Shown one piece after another: positions 43,450 to 56,490 of a stretch of 64,000 nucleotides of DNA. Position numbers and translations under genes: made by a program. Origin of the DNA: Octopus vulgaris. Taxonomy: Eukaryota. Location of the stretch: assembly GCA_951406725.2 (NCBI GenBank), contig OX597828.1:70370001-70434000 (forward strand), given 5' to 3'. Positions within the stretch are counted from its first letter, which is position 1, and every line of letters begins with the position of its first letter. A model generated the notes under the pieces. It searched no databases. It was not told where the DNA came from and was given only the letters and a program-made list of their open reading frames with translations.

Positions 43450-43599
43450 AATAATAATAATAATAAGAAGAAGAAGAAGAAGAAGAAAAAGAAGAAGAAG
43501 AAGAAGAAAAGAAGAAGAACAAGAAGAAGAAGAAGGAGAAGAACAAGAAGAAGAACAACAACAACAACAATGATAATAGTAATGATAATAATAATGTAA

Positions 43600-43657
<58 letters not shown>

Positions 43658-43753
43658 ATAAAACGGTAAGATAACAAAAGAAAGAAAGAGACCTCAATAT
43701 TATGTAAATAGAGGAAATTTATCTATACAATATGTTACATTACTCGGTAGTCA

Positions 43754-43816
43754 AGATAAAACTCAGAGTTTCAGATGCCGAAGTGGAAATCCACAACACC
43801 ATCTCTTCGGTTATCT
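43754..43816 (-). ncRNA. Hammerhead-like motif (mirror copy in palindrome)
   Basis: Exact reverse complement of 43830-43892. Confidence 0.65.
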
Positions 43817-43829
43817 GGCTATTATAGCC

Positions 43830-43892
43830 AGATAACCGAAGAGATGGTGTTGTGGATTTCCACTTCGGCATCTGAAACTCTGAGTTTTATCT
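43830..43892 (+). ncRNA. Hammerhead-like motif (U4C variant)
   Basis: agataa-CCGAAGA-gatg...gtggatttccac...catct-GAA-actc.t.gagt-T-ttatct. Stem I 6 bp, near-palindromic stem III (dimer type), GUU triplet. Confidence 0.65.
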
Positions 43893-44446
43893 TGACTACC
43901 GAGTAATGTAACATATTATTGTATAGATATATATATATATATATATATAAATGAAAGAATGAAAATAAGCATTGATTGGTTAGAAATAGTAGATGCTGGA
44001 AGGACACAGAGTAAGGAAGCAGAAATAGAAAGTTGGTTTTAGACTAGAAAAGAGCAAACAAGTCACGGGGTTTAACATCATTTTTGGTTCACCCTTCTCT
44101 GCTGTAAAACACCTTTTCTCCTCCATTCACTTCCTCTCTTCATTTCTTTTTGTTTTTTATCATATCTTTACTGTGACATTCATTTTGTTTCTTTTTTTTC
44201 TTTTACTTCCTCTTCTCCTTTCTGTCCTGATGGACTCTTACCCAAAATATCCGAATCTCTTTCTTTCCATTTCCTTAGAATATTCATTACAGTCACTTTT
44301 TATTCTTATTTGTAGTTTCTATTGTTTTGTTTGTTTGTTATTTTTTTTTGGGGGGGGTCTTTTTTGTTTTGTCTGGTTTTGACTCACGTCTTGCTGATAT
44401 ATATATATATATATATATAATGTGTATGTATATCATATATATATGT

Positions 44447-44491
<45 letters not shown>

Positions 44492-45135
44492 TATAATGTG
44501 TTGGTATATCGTATATATATGTGTGTGTGTGTAGGTATGTATACATGAACTTTAGATTAGTTAAAATATGTTTGTGTCATTTTCCAACTTCTAAAGGCAA
44601 AAGTCACTGAAGTTACAGATGAGAAAAATTTCTCTCTTGTTGTAAAAAGGTGTAAAAAAATTTATGCATGCTAATTGTAATGAATTTGTCTTTAGAAGTT
44701 CAAATATGTCACAAATATCTTTTAATTAACCTAGAGTTCATTGATTCTTCATCACTGTTTGGTGCTAATACTGCTACATTATTCCTGACCAGGCGGTTCA
44801 GCAGCGCAGCTCAGGCACTGAACTTGACTGTGTTTTAGTTAAAGCTGTGGCTTTGTATCTGCCCAGAGTTATCTGTCTTTGGTATTTCCCATTGAGGAAA
44901 GCTAATGAAACAGAAACATGCATCTGGGAAACCAAGAGAAGTCAGCACTCTACAGATATTGTGCTTTTACACCTTCTACCATGAGAGAGAGAGTTTTTTT
45001 CTCCACAGTAACTGCATTTACCTAATTCTAAAGGTAAATGAATTTACCTCTAGAAGTTAAAATACGTCATGAACATACACACACACACACACACATGTAT
45101 GTATATATATACAAACATGTATAAATATAAACATG

Positions 45136-45174
<39 letters not shown>

Positions 45175-45207
45175 ATATGTATATGTATATATGTGTGTAT
45201 ATATATG

Positions 45208-45257
<50 letters not shown>

Positions 45258-45328
45258 ATGGATTCTCCTGAGGGTCTAGCAGCCAATATTGGACCACCCA
45301 CACAGATCATTTGGTTGTAGTGGTGATG

Positions 45329-45369
<41 letters not shown>

Positions 45370-46725
45370 CCCTCTATCCCATCTTTCCAACATCTTTCTC
45401 TGTCATCCCCCACCCTACATGTGCTCACCATCTGCTGAATTCCTCTCCATCTCCCAATCTTCTCTGTTGAATCTCTCTTCCCCACACGCCATATCCCCCT
45501 GACAACCCCTCCCACTCCCCTTTCACAATCTTGAGAACTCACCCACTGCCCCTATCCAACCGTTGGCCCCACTTCCCTTATATACATATCCCTTACCTTC
45601 TCTCTTTCTCTCTTTTCTATCCCCCCCCCACAGAGTTAGCCCTACTTCTCCTTTCTTACAAGATGTCTCTCTCTGTCTCCCCTCACCCTTCTCAAACTCC
45701 TCTCATCTGGCACAAAGCCACCTTCCTCAATATTCCTCCGCACCTCAGTTGAGAGAAGGGGGTCTTCTCTTCTAAATTATTTGGTGTCCTCACTACTGCT
45801 GGTGCCACATATAAAGCACCCAGTCCACTCTATAATGTGGTTCATGTTAGGAAGGGCGTCCAGCCATAGAAACCATGCCAAAGCAACCAGTAGAACCTGG
45901 CACAATCTTCTGGCTGGCTAGATCCTGTCTAACCATCCGACCCATGCCAGATTTTAAATGACAATGATGATATATGCAATGTCACCACTACGGCCATAGT
46001 ATGGGCTCTGTCCCTTCTTCAAAACTCAACAGGTAAGCCCCCATAATCCCAGTTGTTTTCAGTTGAAACTGCCCAGTTTTAAAACAGGCAAACCATTGTA
46101 AAAGGGAGCAGTTTGAGACGGAATATCTAAGCTAGGTAGCTTCTACTGGGTGGGTTGCGCTTGGCCAGTTTAGCTGGGGTACACCTATGACAAGGGTTCT
46201 CAATGGCTTTTACCTTCTTATTTTACTTGGATGGATTCTGATAAACTTTTCATGTTCAGAGAATTCCATTCTATTATTATAATTAAACTTTGGTTTCAAA
46301 TTTTGGCACAAGGCCTGCAATTTTTTTTGTGGTGGTGGGTATTAATTACATCAACCCTAGTCTTCAGCTGGTACTTATTTTATCAACACCAAAAAGATGA
46401 AAGGCAAAGTCAACCTCAGCAGAATTTGAACTTAGAATGTAAAAGATGGACAGTGCTAACAATTCTAGCCACTCACCACCTTTTATTGTTCTGTGACTGT
46501 GGCCATGCTGGAGCACCGCCTTAAAGGGTTTTTAGTTGAACAAATCAACCCCAGGACTTATTCTTTGTAAGCGTAGCACTTATTCTATTGGTCTCTTTCG
46601 CCGAACTGCTAAGTTGTGGGGACATAAAGACACCAACATCAGTTGTCAAGTTATGTTGGTGGGGACAAACAGACACAAAGACACACACATAAATACATAT
46701 ATATAAATATACATACATACATACA

Positions 46726-46792
<67 letters not shown>

Positions 46793-49012
46793 GGCTTCTT
46801 TCATTTTCCATCTACCAAATCTGCTCACAAGGCTTTGGTTGGTCCAGGCCTGGAGTAGAAGACACTTGCCCAAGGTATCATAGTGTGAGATTGAACCCAG
46901 AACCATGTGGTTTAGAAGCGAGCATCTTACCTCACAGCCACATGTGTATAAAGCTGTACAAAAGTTCCTACAGAATTGCATAAAAAATTGTTAAACTATT
47001 TTGTAAAAATTTAACAAATTTATTACATCTAAGTTTTAGCAACAAAATCTTAGCTGGACTCCCAAAGGTCATGTAGAGCCATGTTGAGAACCACTTTTCT
47101 CTGGTGACAGGGGTAAAATAAGGGTGGGATAAATACTAGTTTATTGTTGCAAAATTTGTTGATAACTTAATTTATTTCATGATTCCTTGCAGTTTGTTTT
47201 GATGTCATCAACATTATTGACCCCTCGTTACAACTAACATAATCATTGCTAGTGTCTGCAACATCACCACCACTTCAGTACCCTCACCCCCACTGTAGGC
47301 ACACCACTACCACTGCCCCCACCCTACCACCATCAAAGCCACTACTGCTTTCATGCAATCTCGACATGCCCACCACCATGATAGCTAAGACCATTGTGGG
47401 GAGAGAAATCTCTCCACCGTCCCCACTACAGTCTCACAACTACCTGTATTTACCCCACCACCTCGCATCTATCTCCACAATCCCAAGAACATCGTAGTCC
47501 ATCCCTTACCCCCACCAAACCAGCCACATCCACCACTACCATCTCCACCATCATATCCACCCACCATCCATCCATTGGTTATTCTGTTACCACCACCACC
47601 ACCACCATCATCATCATCACCATTGTCTCATTTCTGTTGAACAACCATTTAGTTATATGTGTATTTTGTGGGGACAGCTGATGGTTTCTTGTGTTGGTAC
47701 TTGACAAAAAAAATATACAAAACAGTTTTTTTTAAAGTTGCTATTATTTGGGGAACCAGGAGGGGAGAAAGCATTATCACTGGAGAAGAAATATGAAGAA
47801 AACAAAACCAAAAGCACACACACAAACACACACACACACAAGCCAAATAGAAAGCAGTTTGCAGGGCCAGTCTGCACTTGATGGGTGGTGAGAGGAGAGA
47901 ACAGGTGACGCATTTGATAAATTCATTTCTCTTCAGACCCTTCTTGAAAATCCCACAGATTTCTTGGGTGGGTGTTATTGGGTGTTTTCCACCAAAGATA
48001 GAAGCAAATGTCAACATGATTATTTGGGAATTTAAAATAAAAATTGTTTTTTTTTTTTAAATAAAGTTGGGGTGGGGAAGAAAAAAAAAGTGGGAGGGAA
48101 GTTGATCTGATTAATAATGTATGGCAAGGGTTCATAGGGTGCAACTACTTAGACCCAGTTTTCAACAGTTTTTGAAGCCAGAGAGGATTGTATCAGTGGT
48201 GTTGCTAGGCTGGGAGGTTATTTTAGGGGGTGGGGTTTGTGTGTGTGTGGGGGTGTGTTGATATTTTTTAAAATCATTTTTTATTTGTTTCAGTCATTAG
48301 ACTGCGACCATGCTGGGGCACCACCTTGAAGAATTTTTAATCGAATTAATTGACCCCAGTCCTTTTTTTTTTCTTGTTTTTAAACCTGGAACTTCTTCTG
48401 TTGGTCTCTTTTGCTAAACTGCTAAGTTATGGGATGTAAACATGACATGAAGAGGAACACGGCAAGATTCATTCAGTGTGTATTTGCTTCACATTTCACA
48501 AATGTTCAATTGCTTTACAATGACTAATATGTTACATACACAACACACCCTTGTCCAAAATAGATGGGCTGACGGTTGTCTCATTGTTCCATTTGTTAAA
48601 AACTGATCATGCTGACCACACAGATCACACAAAAGAGCCGATCACAACCCACAACCAATAAAAAAAAAATGGCTGGGGGGAAAAAGTTGTTTTTTTCCCC
48701 CCTTAAGGGAAGATCAATGTTCTTGCCTCAATAACAAAGTTCGATGTTTGGTTTGAAATTTAAATCAATTTTTCCCACACGATCCATGGTAACTGATCAT
48801 CATTCAAAATCTGCTTTCCATGCTGGCATGGGTGGGATGGCTTGACAAGAACTGGCAAACCAGAGGACTATGCCAAGCTCTACTGTCTACTTCGAGATGA
48901 TTTCTAAGGTTGGATGTCCTTCCTAACATGCCAACCACTTTACACAGGGTACATCATTGTAATCCATTTATGGTGTAGCTGTCGTTAATCTGTTAAGGTA
49001 CCACAACATTGT

Positions 49013-49240
49013 TATTTTTTTACTGCCCACAAAGGGCTACACACAGAGGGGCCAAACAAGGACAGACAAACGGATTAAGTCGATTATATCGACCCCAGTG
49101 TGTAACTGGTACTTATTTAATCGATCCCGAAAGGATGAAAGGCAAAGTTGACCTCGGCGGAATTTGAACTCAGAACGTAGCGGCAGACGAAACACCGGTA
49201 AGCATTTCGCCCGGCGTGCTAACGTTTCTGCCAGCTCGCC
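49013..49240 (-). mobile_element. SINE family A with TSD
   Basis: Reverse complement of the 54355 copy; flanking direct repeat acaacattgt. Confidence 0.88.
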
Positions 49241-49477
49241 ACAACATTGTATATAACCACACATCATGTAAAACACATACACATTGCATAACACACACAC
49301 ACACACATATTGTAAACAGCTGTATTCATTCTTCACCACCACCACCACCACCACCACCACCTCCATCTTCTGCTACCTTCCAGTCATTAAACTATTCCAG
49401 AGCATTAATTCTTTTTAGTATTTAGTTTGTAAGGTTCTGGATGTGAATGCAGGTGTTGAAATAAATCTTGTTGTGTC

Positions 49478-49680
49478 TTGGGAGGGTCCTTTCACAAATT
49501 AAAATAAAACACATGCACTGGCTCAATATCACTTCTTTCTAACAAACAACCGATTGATTGTTTAACCAACACATTAAACAACGATTAGTTGGTTGGATGT
49601 TTAACCAACTGACTGACAGTAAAGAAGTGATATTGAACCAGTGCATGTGTTTATTATTATTGGGATAATGACCCTCCCAA
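49478..49680. mobile_element. MITE with termini related to 13818-14238
   Basis: ttgggagggtc..aaacacatgcactggctcaatatcacttcttt / aaagaagtgatattgaaccagtgcatgtgttt..gaccctcccaa; a lone related end sits at about 30300. Confidence 0.75.
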
Positions 49681-50272
49681 ACTATACCAGAGCAGTTCCA
49701 AACAAATAAATAATGACACTCATTTCATTGTTTCTGCAGTCTAACATGATCTAGAGATGCAATGGGCTTGTCCCTTCATTCTCAAATTCATGAGAAACTG
49801 TAATTATGAAGTTGCTTGATAATTGGGTGGTCGTAACTCTGTCTGGACAACTGGACATCGACAAACTGCTGATCATGTGTGTGTGTGTGTGTAGCTACGT
49901 GAGTTGGTGTAAATGCGTCTGTGTGTGTATGTGACTGAAAGTGTTTATATGCGTGTGGTGTCCATGTCTGTATGTGTAGATATCCATGTCTTAGCCCACA
50001 TATGAGTGTGTGTGCATGTGTTGTATATATATGTGTGTGTGTGTCTATTATATTATATATATATGTGTATGAGTGTGTATTATATCATATTATATACATG
50101 TGTGTGTGTATGTTATATTATATATGTGTGTGATGTCCGTGTCTGTATGTGTAGATATCCATGTCTTGGCCCACATGTGAGTTTGCCTGCATGTGTTGTA
50201 TGCATATATATATGTGTGTGTGTGAGTATGTATTATATATTATATATATATATGTGCGTGTGTATGTTATAT

Positions 50273-50309
<37 letters not shown>

Positions 50310-50489
50310 GTAGTCATCCTTACTATGTGACACACAATGATTTAATGTGAAAGGAGACAGGTTCAGTCTGCCTGACTGACACTTTAACATCACTTAACAT
50401 CACTGTTGCTCATCCATCATCATCATCATCATCATCTCTATCAGCATCACCTCCATCATCACCATCATCATCATCACCTTCATCATCAC

Positions 50490-50533
<44 letters not shown>

Positions 50534-51188
50534 CCATCATCACCACCACTACCATCATCACCATCATCACCATCATCATAATCACCATCATCATCAGCAT
50601 CATCATCACCATCGTCATTACCAACAGTAGCAACTACACCATCCCCATCACTATCAGCATCGCCCCCCCCCCCCCGCCACCACCACCACCACTATGTGTG
50701 AATTTATGAAATGTCAATAAAACAGACATAAAAACATCCCATTGACTTTATTATTTAAGGAAGTTGTAAGTGGGGTGGGTAGAGGTGGGGGTGGGGACTA
50801 AGTGGTATTGTAATGGTGGTGGTGGTGGTGGTGGTGGTGGTGACGTGGGTGTTTCGTTCTGCTGGCAGTGGGGGTGACGATGTTGAGGGTGTGTTCAAGT
50901 GGCCTGATGGTGGGGAGGGTGCACAGCCCCACCCACTCCTGTGCCACACCTCGCTCTCAGATCCTGTACAATATTGTAAATTTCTCAACTTATCTCTGTG
51001 GTGATGGTCCTGGTGATGAAAGTGGTGTTGTTGTTGTTAGTGGTGGTGGTGGCGGCGGCGGCGGCGGTAGTGATGAAGGTGGTGGTGGTGGTGATGTAAT
51101 GTGGTGACAGTGTGGAATGGTTTAAATTCTGCAGTAAGTATATATATATAATGTGTGTGTGTGTGTGTGTGTAGGATAAATATATATG

Positions 51189-51219
<31 letters not shown>

Positions 51220-53763
51220 ATATATGTATATATATATATATATATGTGTGTATATGTATATATGTATACATATACATATATATAAATATATATATGTATA
51301 TATATCCATGAACACATAAACATTCTGCCTAGAGAATATACTTAGAGAAATGTCCACCCTCCTCCACTCCTCTCACCCCCCCCCCCCTCTGTTTCTCTCA
51401 TGTTCATCTGTAGTGACACATGTAAACTAATAATTGTCCACCCAACCCTCCTTTCCCCCCTCCTATCCCACCCCTGAAATTTCACCTCCCCCATCTTCCC
51501 CTACCTCACCCCATACTCCAAAAAAAAAAAAACTGAGAGAAAAAAATCCTGCAGATAAAACCTTCTTGACAGGGCAGGGCACCTAACATTGCTGGCCCCT
51601 GTGGTGCTCTTACAACCCTCACTGCTACCACCACCACCACCACCACCACCACCACCACCACCACTGCCGGTGCTGCACCCTGTCCTCTCCCCCCACCCCG
51701 CCCTGCCAGCTGTACCCAGAGTCTGAGACAGATGCCAGATGACTACGTTGATGATGATGATGGCGATGGGGATGATGAAGGTGATGGTAGTGACACCTAC
51801 AATGATGATGATGATGATGATGATGATGATGGCAACAACAATTGCAAATACAATGAGAACAGAACGATAACATGGATGAAAGTGGTGGTGGTGGTGGTGG
51901 TGGTAGTGGTGGTGGTGGTGGTAGTGGTGGTGGTAGTGGTGGTGGTGGTGGTAGTGGTGTTGGTGGTGGTAGTGGTGGTGGTGGTGGTAGTGGTGGTGAT
52001 GGTCGTCGTCGTGGGCGTCGTCATCGTGATGGTGGTGGTGGTGGTTGTGGTGGTGGTGTTGGTGGCGGTGGTGGTGGTGATGGTGGTGGTGGTGGTGGTA
52101 GTAGTAGTGGTGGTGGTGATGATGGTGAGGAGGAAGTGGATGGTGATGATGATGATGACACTGCCGACTACAACGATAATGATGGTGATGATGACGATGA
52201 TGATGATAATGAATGTGATGCTGACAGCAGCAATGATGATGGTGATGATGATGATGATGCCATACTTATGGTTTCTCCTTAACATTGTCACAGAATCATC
52301 ATCATCATCATTATCATCATTGACAACAACAACTACATTATAAGTGTTATCACCAGGTGTTGTTGTTGTTGTTGTCGGTGGTGGTGGTGGTGGTGGTGGT
52401 GGTGGTGGTGGTGGTGGTTGAGTGAAAGAATGTGAAGGTATGAGTGTTGGATGAAATGGGGGTGGGTGGGTAGAAGGAAGTTGAGAAGTGGTGAGAGGGG
52501 GAAAGAGAGAAAGAGAGAGAGAAAGAGAGAAGAGGACAGTGGGAGTAGAAAGGAAGAGCAGTGTGGGTGTAAGACAGAGTAAGTATTAGGAGACTGTGTG
52601 GATGGGGGAGATGTAGCCGGTGGGAGTAGGGATGGTGTAAGGGTACTGTCCCCTAATTAGTGAGGTGATGTCAACAGTGACAACACTACATCATGTTGTC
52701 AGTTAGACACTTGGAGCTGAAGTGGGTGGGGACCACATGGTGGTGGTGGTGGTAGTGGTGGTGGCCATGGTAGAAGACCTGTAACTGCTGACAGAGCAGG
52801 TAGACATTTGAAGAGGATTCAGTGGGTGGGGAGACAATCCATGTTTGAGGTCCTTCCTTTTTTTTGAGGGGGTGGAGGGGTAGAGAGAGGATATGTGTGT
52901 GTGTGTGTGTGTGTGTGATGAGGGGTATATTTTAATATTGATGCTGGAATCAATTCAACTTCAGGGATCATTACAAAAATAGGGACCTTTTAAGAGTGAT
53001 ATTAAGAAAAAGAGGAGGAGGAGGAAGGAGGAGGACATATTGGTATGGACAGTATAGGGGACAGTTTTGGATTTTACAGAGAAAAGCATTTTGAGTTGCT
53101 GCTGTTGTCATTTTAACTTCAGATCATCTTTAATCAATCTGACCTAGGTTAAAAGATATTCCAGGCAGGCCCATCACATACTTTTAGGGAATGTATAGGG
53201 CTATATTATCAAATGTGCCCTTTCCTTTCCTAAGATAACAAGTTAAGATTCAAGTCAGGTTTAGTTTCTATTTCTAGCAGATCAAGTGGCCAGGAAGGAA
53301 CTTCATCATTGGCTTTGACATTATAGGAAAGAAATTTAGGGACCTATAATTATAGCTCCCTAAATTCTAAAGGGAGTAAATATAGGGGCTAATGGTGAGT
53401 GTTTTGGCTCCAGAAATTAAGGGCCAAGACACTTGCCTGAGCAGGGGTTTCTTCTCAGAAGACCTTCTGCTGTTCAGCTCCTTTGAGAGTTCCTTATTAG
53501 TAGTCCCTATATTTATTCCCTTAAGACGTTTACTTAAATGGCTTGACATTATAGGAAAGAAAGCTTCAAGCGGGAAATATGGGGGTTTATAATTTAAGCT
53601 AAACACCTTAAGGGAACAAATGTAGGGACTTTGATTTAAAATAGAAATCTTAAGGGGATAAAGGATTGATTTCAAATTTTGGCACAAGGCCAGCAATTTC
53701 AGGGGAGGGATAAGTTGATTACATCGACCCCACCCCAATATTCAAATGGTACTTATTTTATCA

Positions 53764-54076
53764 TGGAGGCACATGGCCTTGTGGTTAGAGCAGCAGACTT
53801 GCAGTCAAGGGATCATGGGTTCGAATCTCAGACTGGGCAGTGTATGTGCTTATAAGTGAAACCACCTAAGCTCCACATGGCTCTGGCAGAAGGTAATGGT
53901 GAACCTCTGCTGACTCACCACAACTTTCTCTCACTCATTCTTCCTGCATCCAGCACCTCACCTGAGATGGACCGGCATCCCGTCCAGGTGGGGAACCTAT
54001 ATATCAATGAAACCAGGAAACCAGCCCTTATGAGCCAGGCATGGCTCGAGAAGGAACAAACAGCAACAATAACAAT
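53764..54076 (+). mobile_element. tRNA-derived SINE (V-domain-like core) nested in a family A SINE
   Basis: A/B boxes tggccttgtgg / ggttcgaatc, core gatggaccggcatcccgtccagg, CAA tail; TSD ttattttatca at 53753-53763 and 54077-54087. Confidence 0.85.
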
Positions 54077-54354
54077 TTATTTTATCAACTCTGAAAGGAT
54101 GAACGGGAAAAGAGTTTGAACTCAGAATGTAAAGATGGACGAAATACCACCAAGCATTTTGCTTGGCAAGGAAAAGATTCCAGCAGCTTGCAGCTTAAGG
54201 GATTAAAGGATTAAAAGGTCGATATTATAGGATCAACATCTTATGACTGATATTTTACACAGCGGCAGCAAATGTCTACAGTAAAAGGTCTTCACTTTAC
54301 ATTCACCCTCCATGCTGGCATGGGTTAGACAGACTATTACAGTTTGAGTTATTT

Positions 54355-54588
54355 ATAGGCGGTGAGCTGGCAGAAACGTTAGCGCGTCGGGCATAATGCA
54401 TAGCCGTATTTCATCTGTCGTTACGTTCCGAGTTCAAATTCCGCCGAGGTCGACTTTGCCTTTCATCCTTTCGGGGTCGATTAAATAAGTACCATTTACG
54501 CACTGGGGTCAATGTAATCGACTTAATCTGTTTGTCTGTCCTTGTTTGTCCCCTCTGTGTTTAGCTCCTTGTGGGTAGTAAAGAAATA
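54355..54588 (+). mobile_element. tRNA-derived SINE family A, young copy with 20-bp TSD
   Basis: Head ggcggtgagctggcagaa..., B box gagttcaaattcc, core gcctttcatcctttcggggtcgat; TSD tattacagtttgagttattt at 54335-54354 and 54589-54608. Confidence 0.9.
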
Positions 54589-55248
54589 TATTACAGTTTG
54601 AGTTATTTGTTGTTAGAAGATGCTGCTATGCCCATAATCTGATGCATGCCATTTGGCTCAGTTTCTACAGCAACCACTTGATACAATGCTCTGGCTAGGA
54701 TTCCTTGTGGTACCGACACAAAAGAGGGTGACCTCAGAACCCTACATAGTCTCTGTTCACATGCTGACCACTTTGCAATGTTTTAGGGGCACATTTTTGT
54801 AGTACAAGCACTGAAGAGATTGTCTTATTCGTCAGTCACTCTCGACACAACCTGTCAGCTTTTCATTGTGGCACCAGCACAGGAGGAAGGGTGGTGTCTT
54901 GTACACAGGGCAACAGAGAAAGTTAAGACATGTAGATCAAAGAAGGGGAGAACAAGGGGACAGGGACACCAGCAGTGAGTTGGAAGAGCAAGTGCAGATG
55001 GTACTCAATAATAGGGTTTGTGTATTTGTTCAGAGAGTGATGCATATATGTAAGGAGGCTAGTTTACTTTGTGCATGTATGTGTTTGTGTATGTACATAT
55101 ATGTATGTGTATATGTGTGTGTGCATATATACACATATATAAATATAGATACATACATACTTACATATGTATATATCTATACGTTTATGTGTGTGAGTGT
55201 GTATATATATATATATACATGCATACCTACACTCACACACAGACACAA

Positions 55249-55317
<69 letters not shown>

Positions 55318-56359
55318 AAACTTAAGCTTCTTCAAATTGTTATGACTGTGTTTCATGTCTGTGATCTTCAGACAAAATGAAAGTAATGAAACAGGAAACT
55401 TTTAATAAGAATATTCACATAATGAAATCAAAACAAAAAGAGGAAGCATTTGCTCAGAAGCTTTTTGTGGGAATAAAACGAAAGAAATAAAAAAGAATAT
55501 TTTATTGCACACACATGTAAAATGACAAAATGAATTCATTAACAAAGAAGATAAATGAAAAAAAAATAAAGTAAATAACGGTATAAATTCCATCGTTTTG
55601 ATTGCTTATATTCAATGCCATTCACAAAACGACATGGATGCAGAAATGTTACAAAATGCTACATGATTTTGAAGGAAGATGGCAGTAATGAGATGGGAAA
55701 GTGAGAAAGCGTGTAACAGGGTATGTAAAGTAATAGAACATATAGCGTAATAGTGTACATAGTAACAGAGTAATGGAATACACACACACACACACACATG
55801 CATGCATGCATGTAGTAATTTAGTATGTAGGGAAAAAGAAAATAGCAGTACCATGCTGTCAGACGTCGCTTTGCACTCTGGAGCTGAGAAGACATGTAAC
55901 GTGACATTTTTTTAATAAATAAATTTTGATACTCTACTTTCAGTAGTGAGTGCTCTCATTTTCTTTTTTGTTGTTTTTTTTTTCATTAGAGTCTTTACAT
56001 CCAAAAGACTTTACATATATAAATATGTGTGTGTGTGTGTATATACATGTGCATATGTGCATGAGTATATATATATAATCATATCAAAGGGAAATGGAAA
56101 TTAATTAAAATTTACATTTCCAGTGGTCTAACGTGTAAAAAATTTAGTCAAAATGTCTTTTTGAACCTAGCTGTTCTTTCTAGCGTGTTGAATTCCTATA
56201 AGTGGATTCCTTATGTGTACATATATATATATATATATACACATACACTCACACCACACACATACATACATACACTCTCACATACACACACTCATATACA
56301 TACATGCATCTATAAATATGCATACCCACATCATTTTCTTCTCTCTATGTATTTTCCAG

Positions 56360-56490
56360 TTACAGCTCAGTTTTGATGAATACGAGAATAGCCTGAATGT
56401 TTTAGTTATTCAAGCCAGAAATCTGCTACGCGGGGACTTCTCGGGTCTTTCTGACCCCTTCGTTAAGGTCTACCTTTTACCGGGTCGAAG
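56360..56490 (+). CDS. PCLO: Piccolo-like gene, C2A domain exon 1
   Basis: Acceptor attttccag and donor gtaagt; phase 0 to 2. [43 protein letters not shown] (Piccolo C2A: [28 protein letters not shown]). Confidence 0.95.

Noticed and set aside
44785-44810. ttcagcagcgcag as an RE1/NRSE site
   Set aside because: Only the first 7 nt match and the GGACAG half is missing.
50845-50990. GGDDVEGVFKWPDG resembling a C-type lectin EGxFxWxDG motif
   Set aside because: Isolated among GGT repeats, with no other lectin residues or exons and no credible acceptor.
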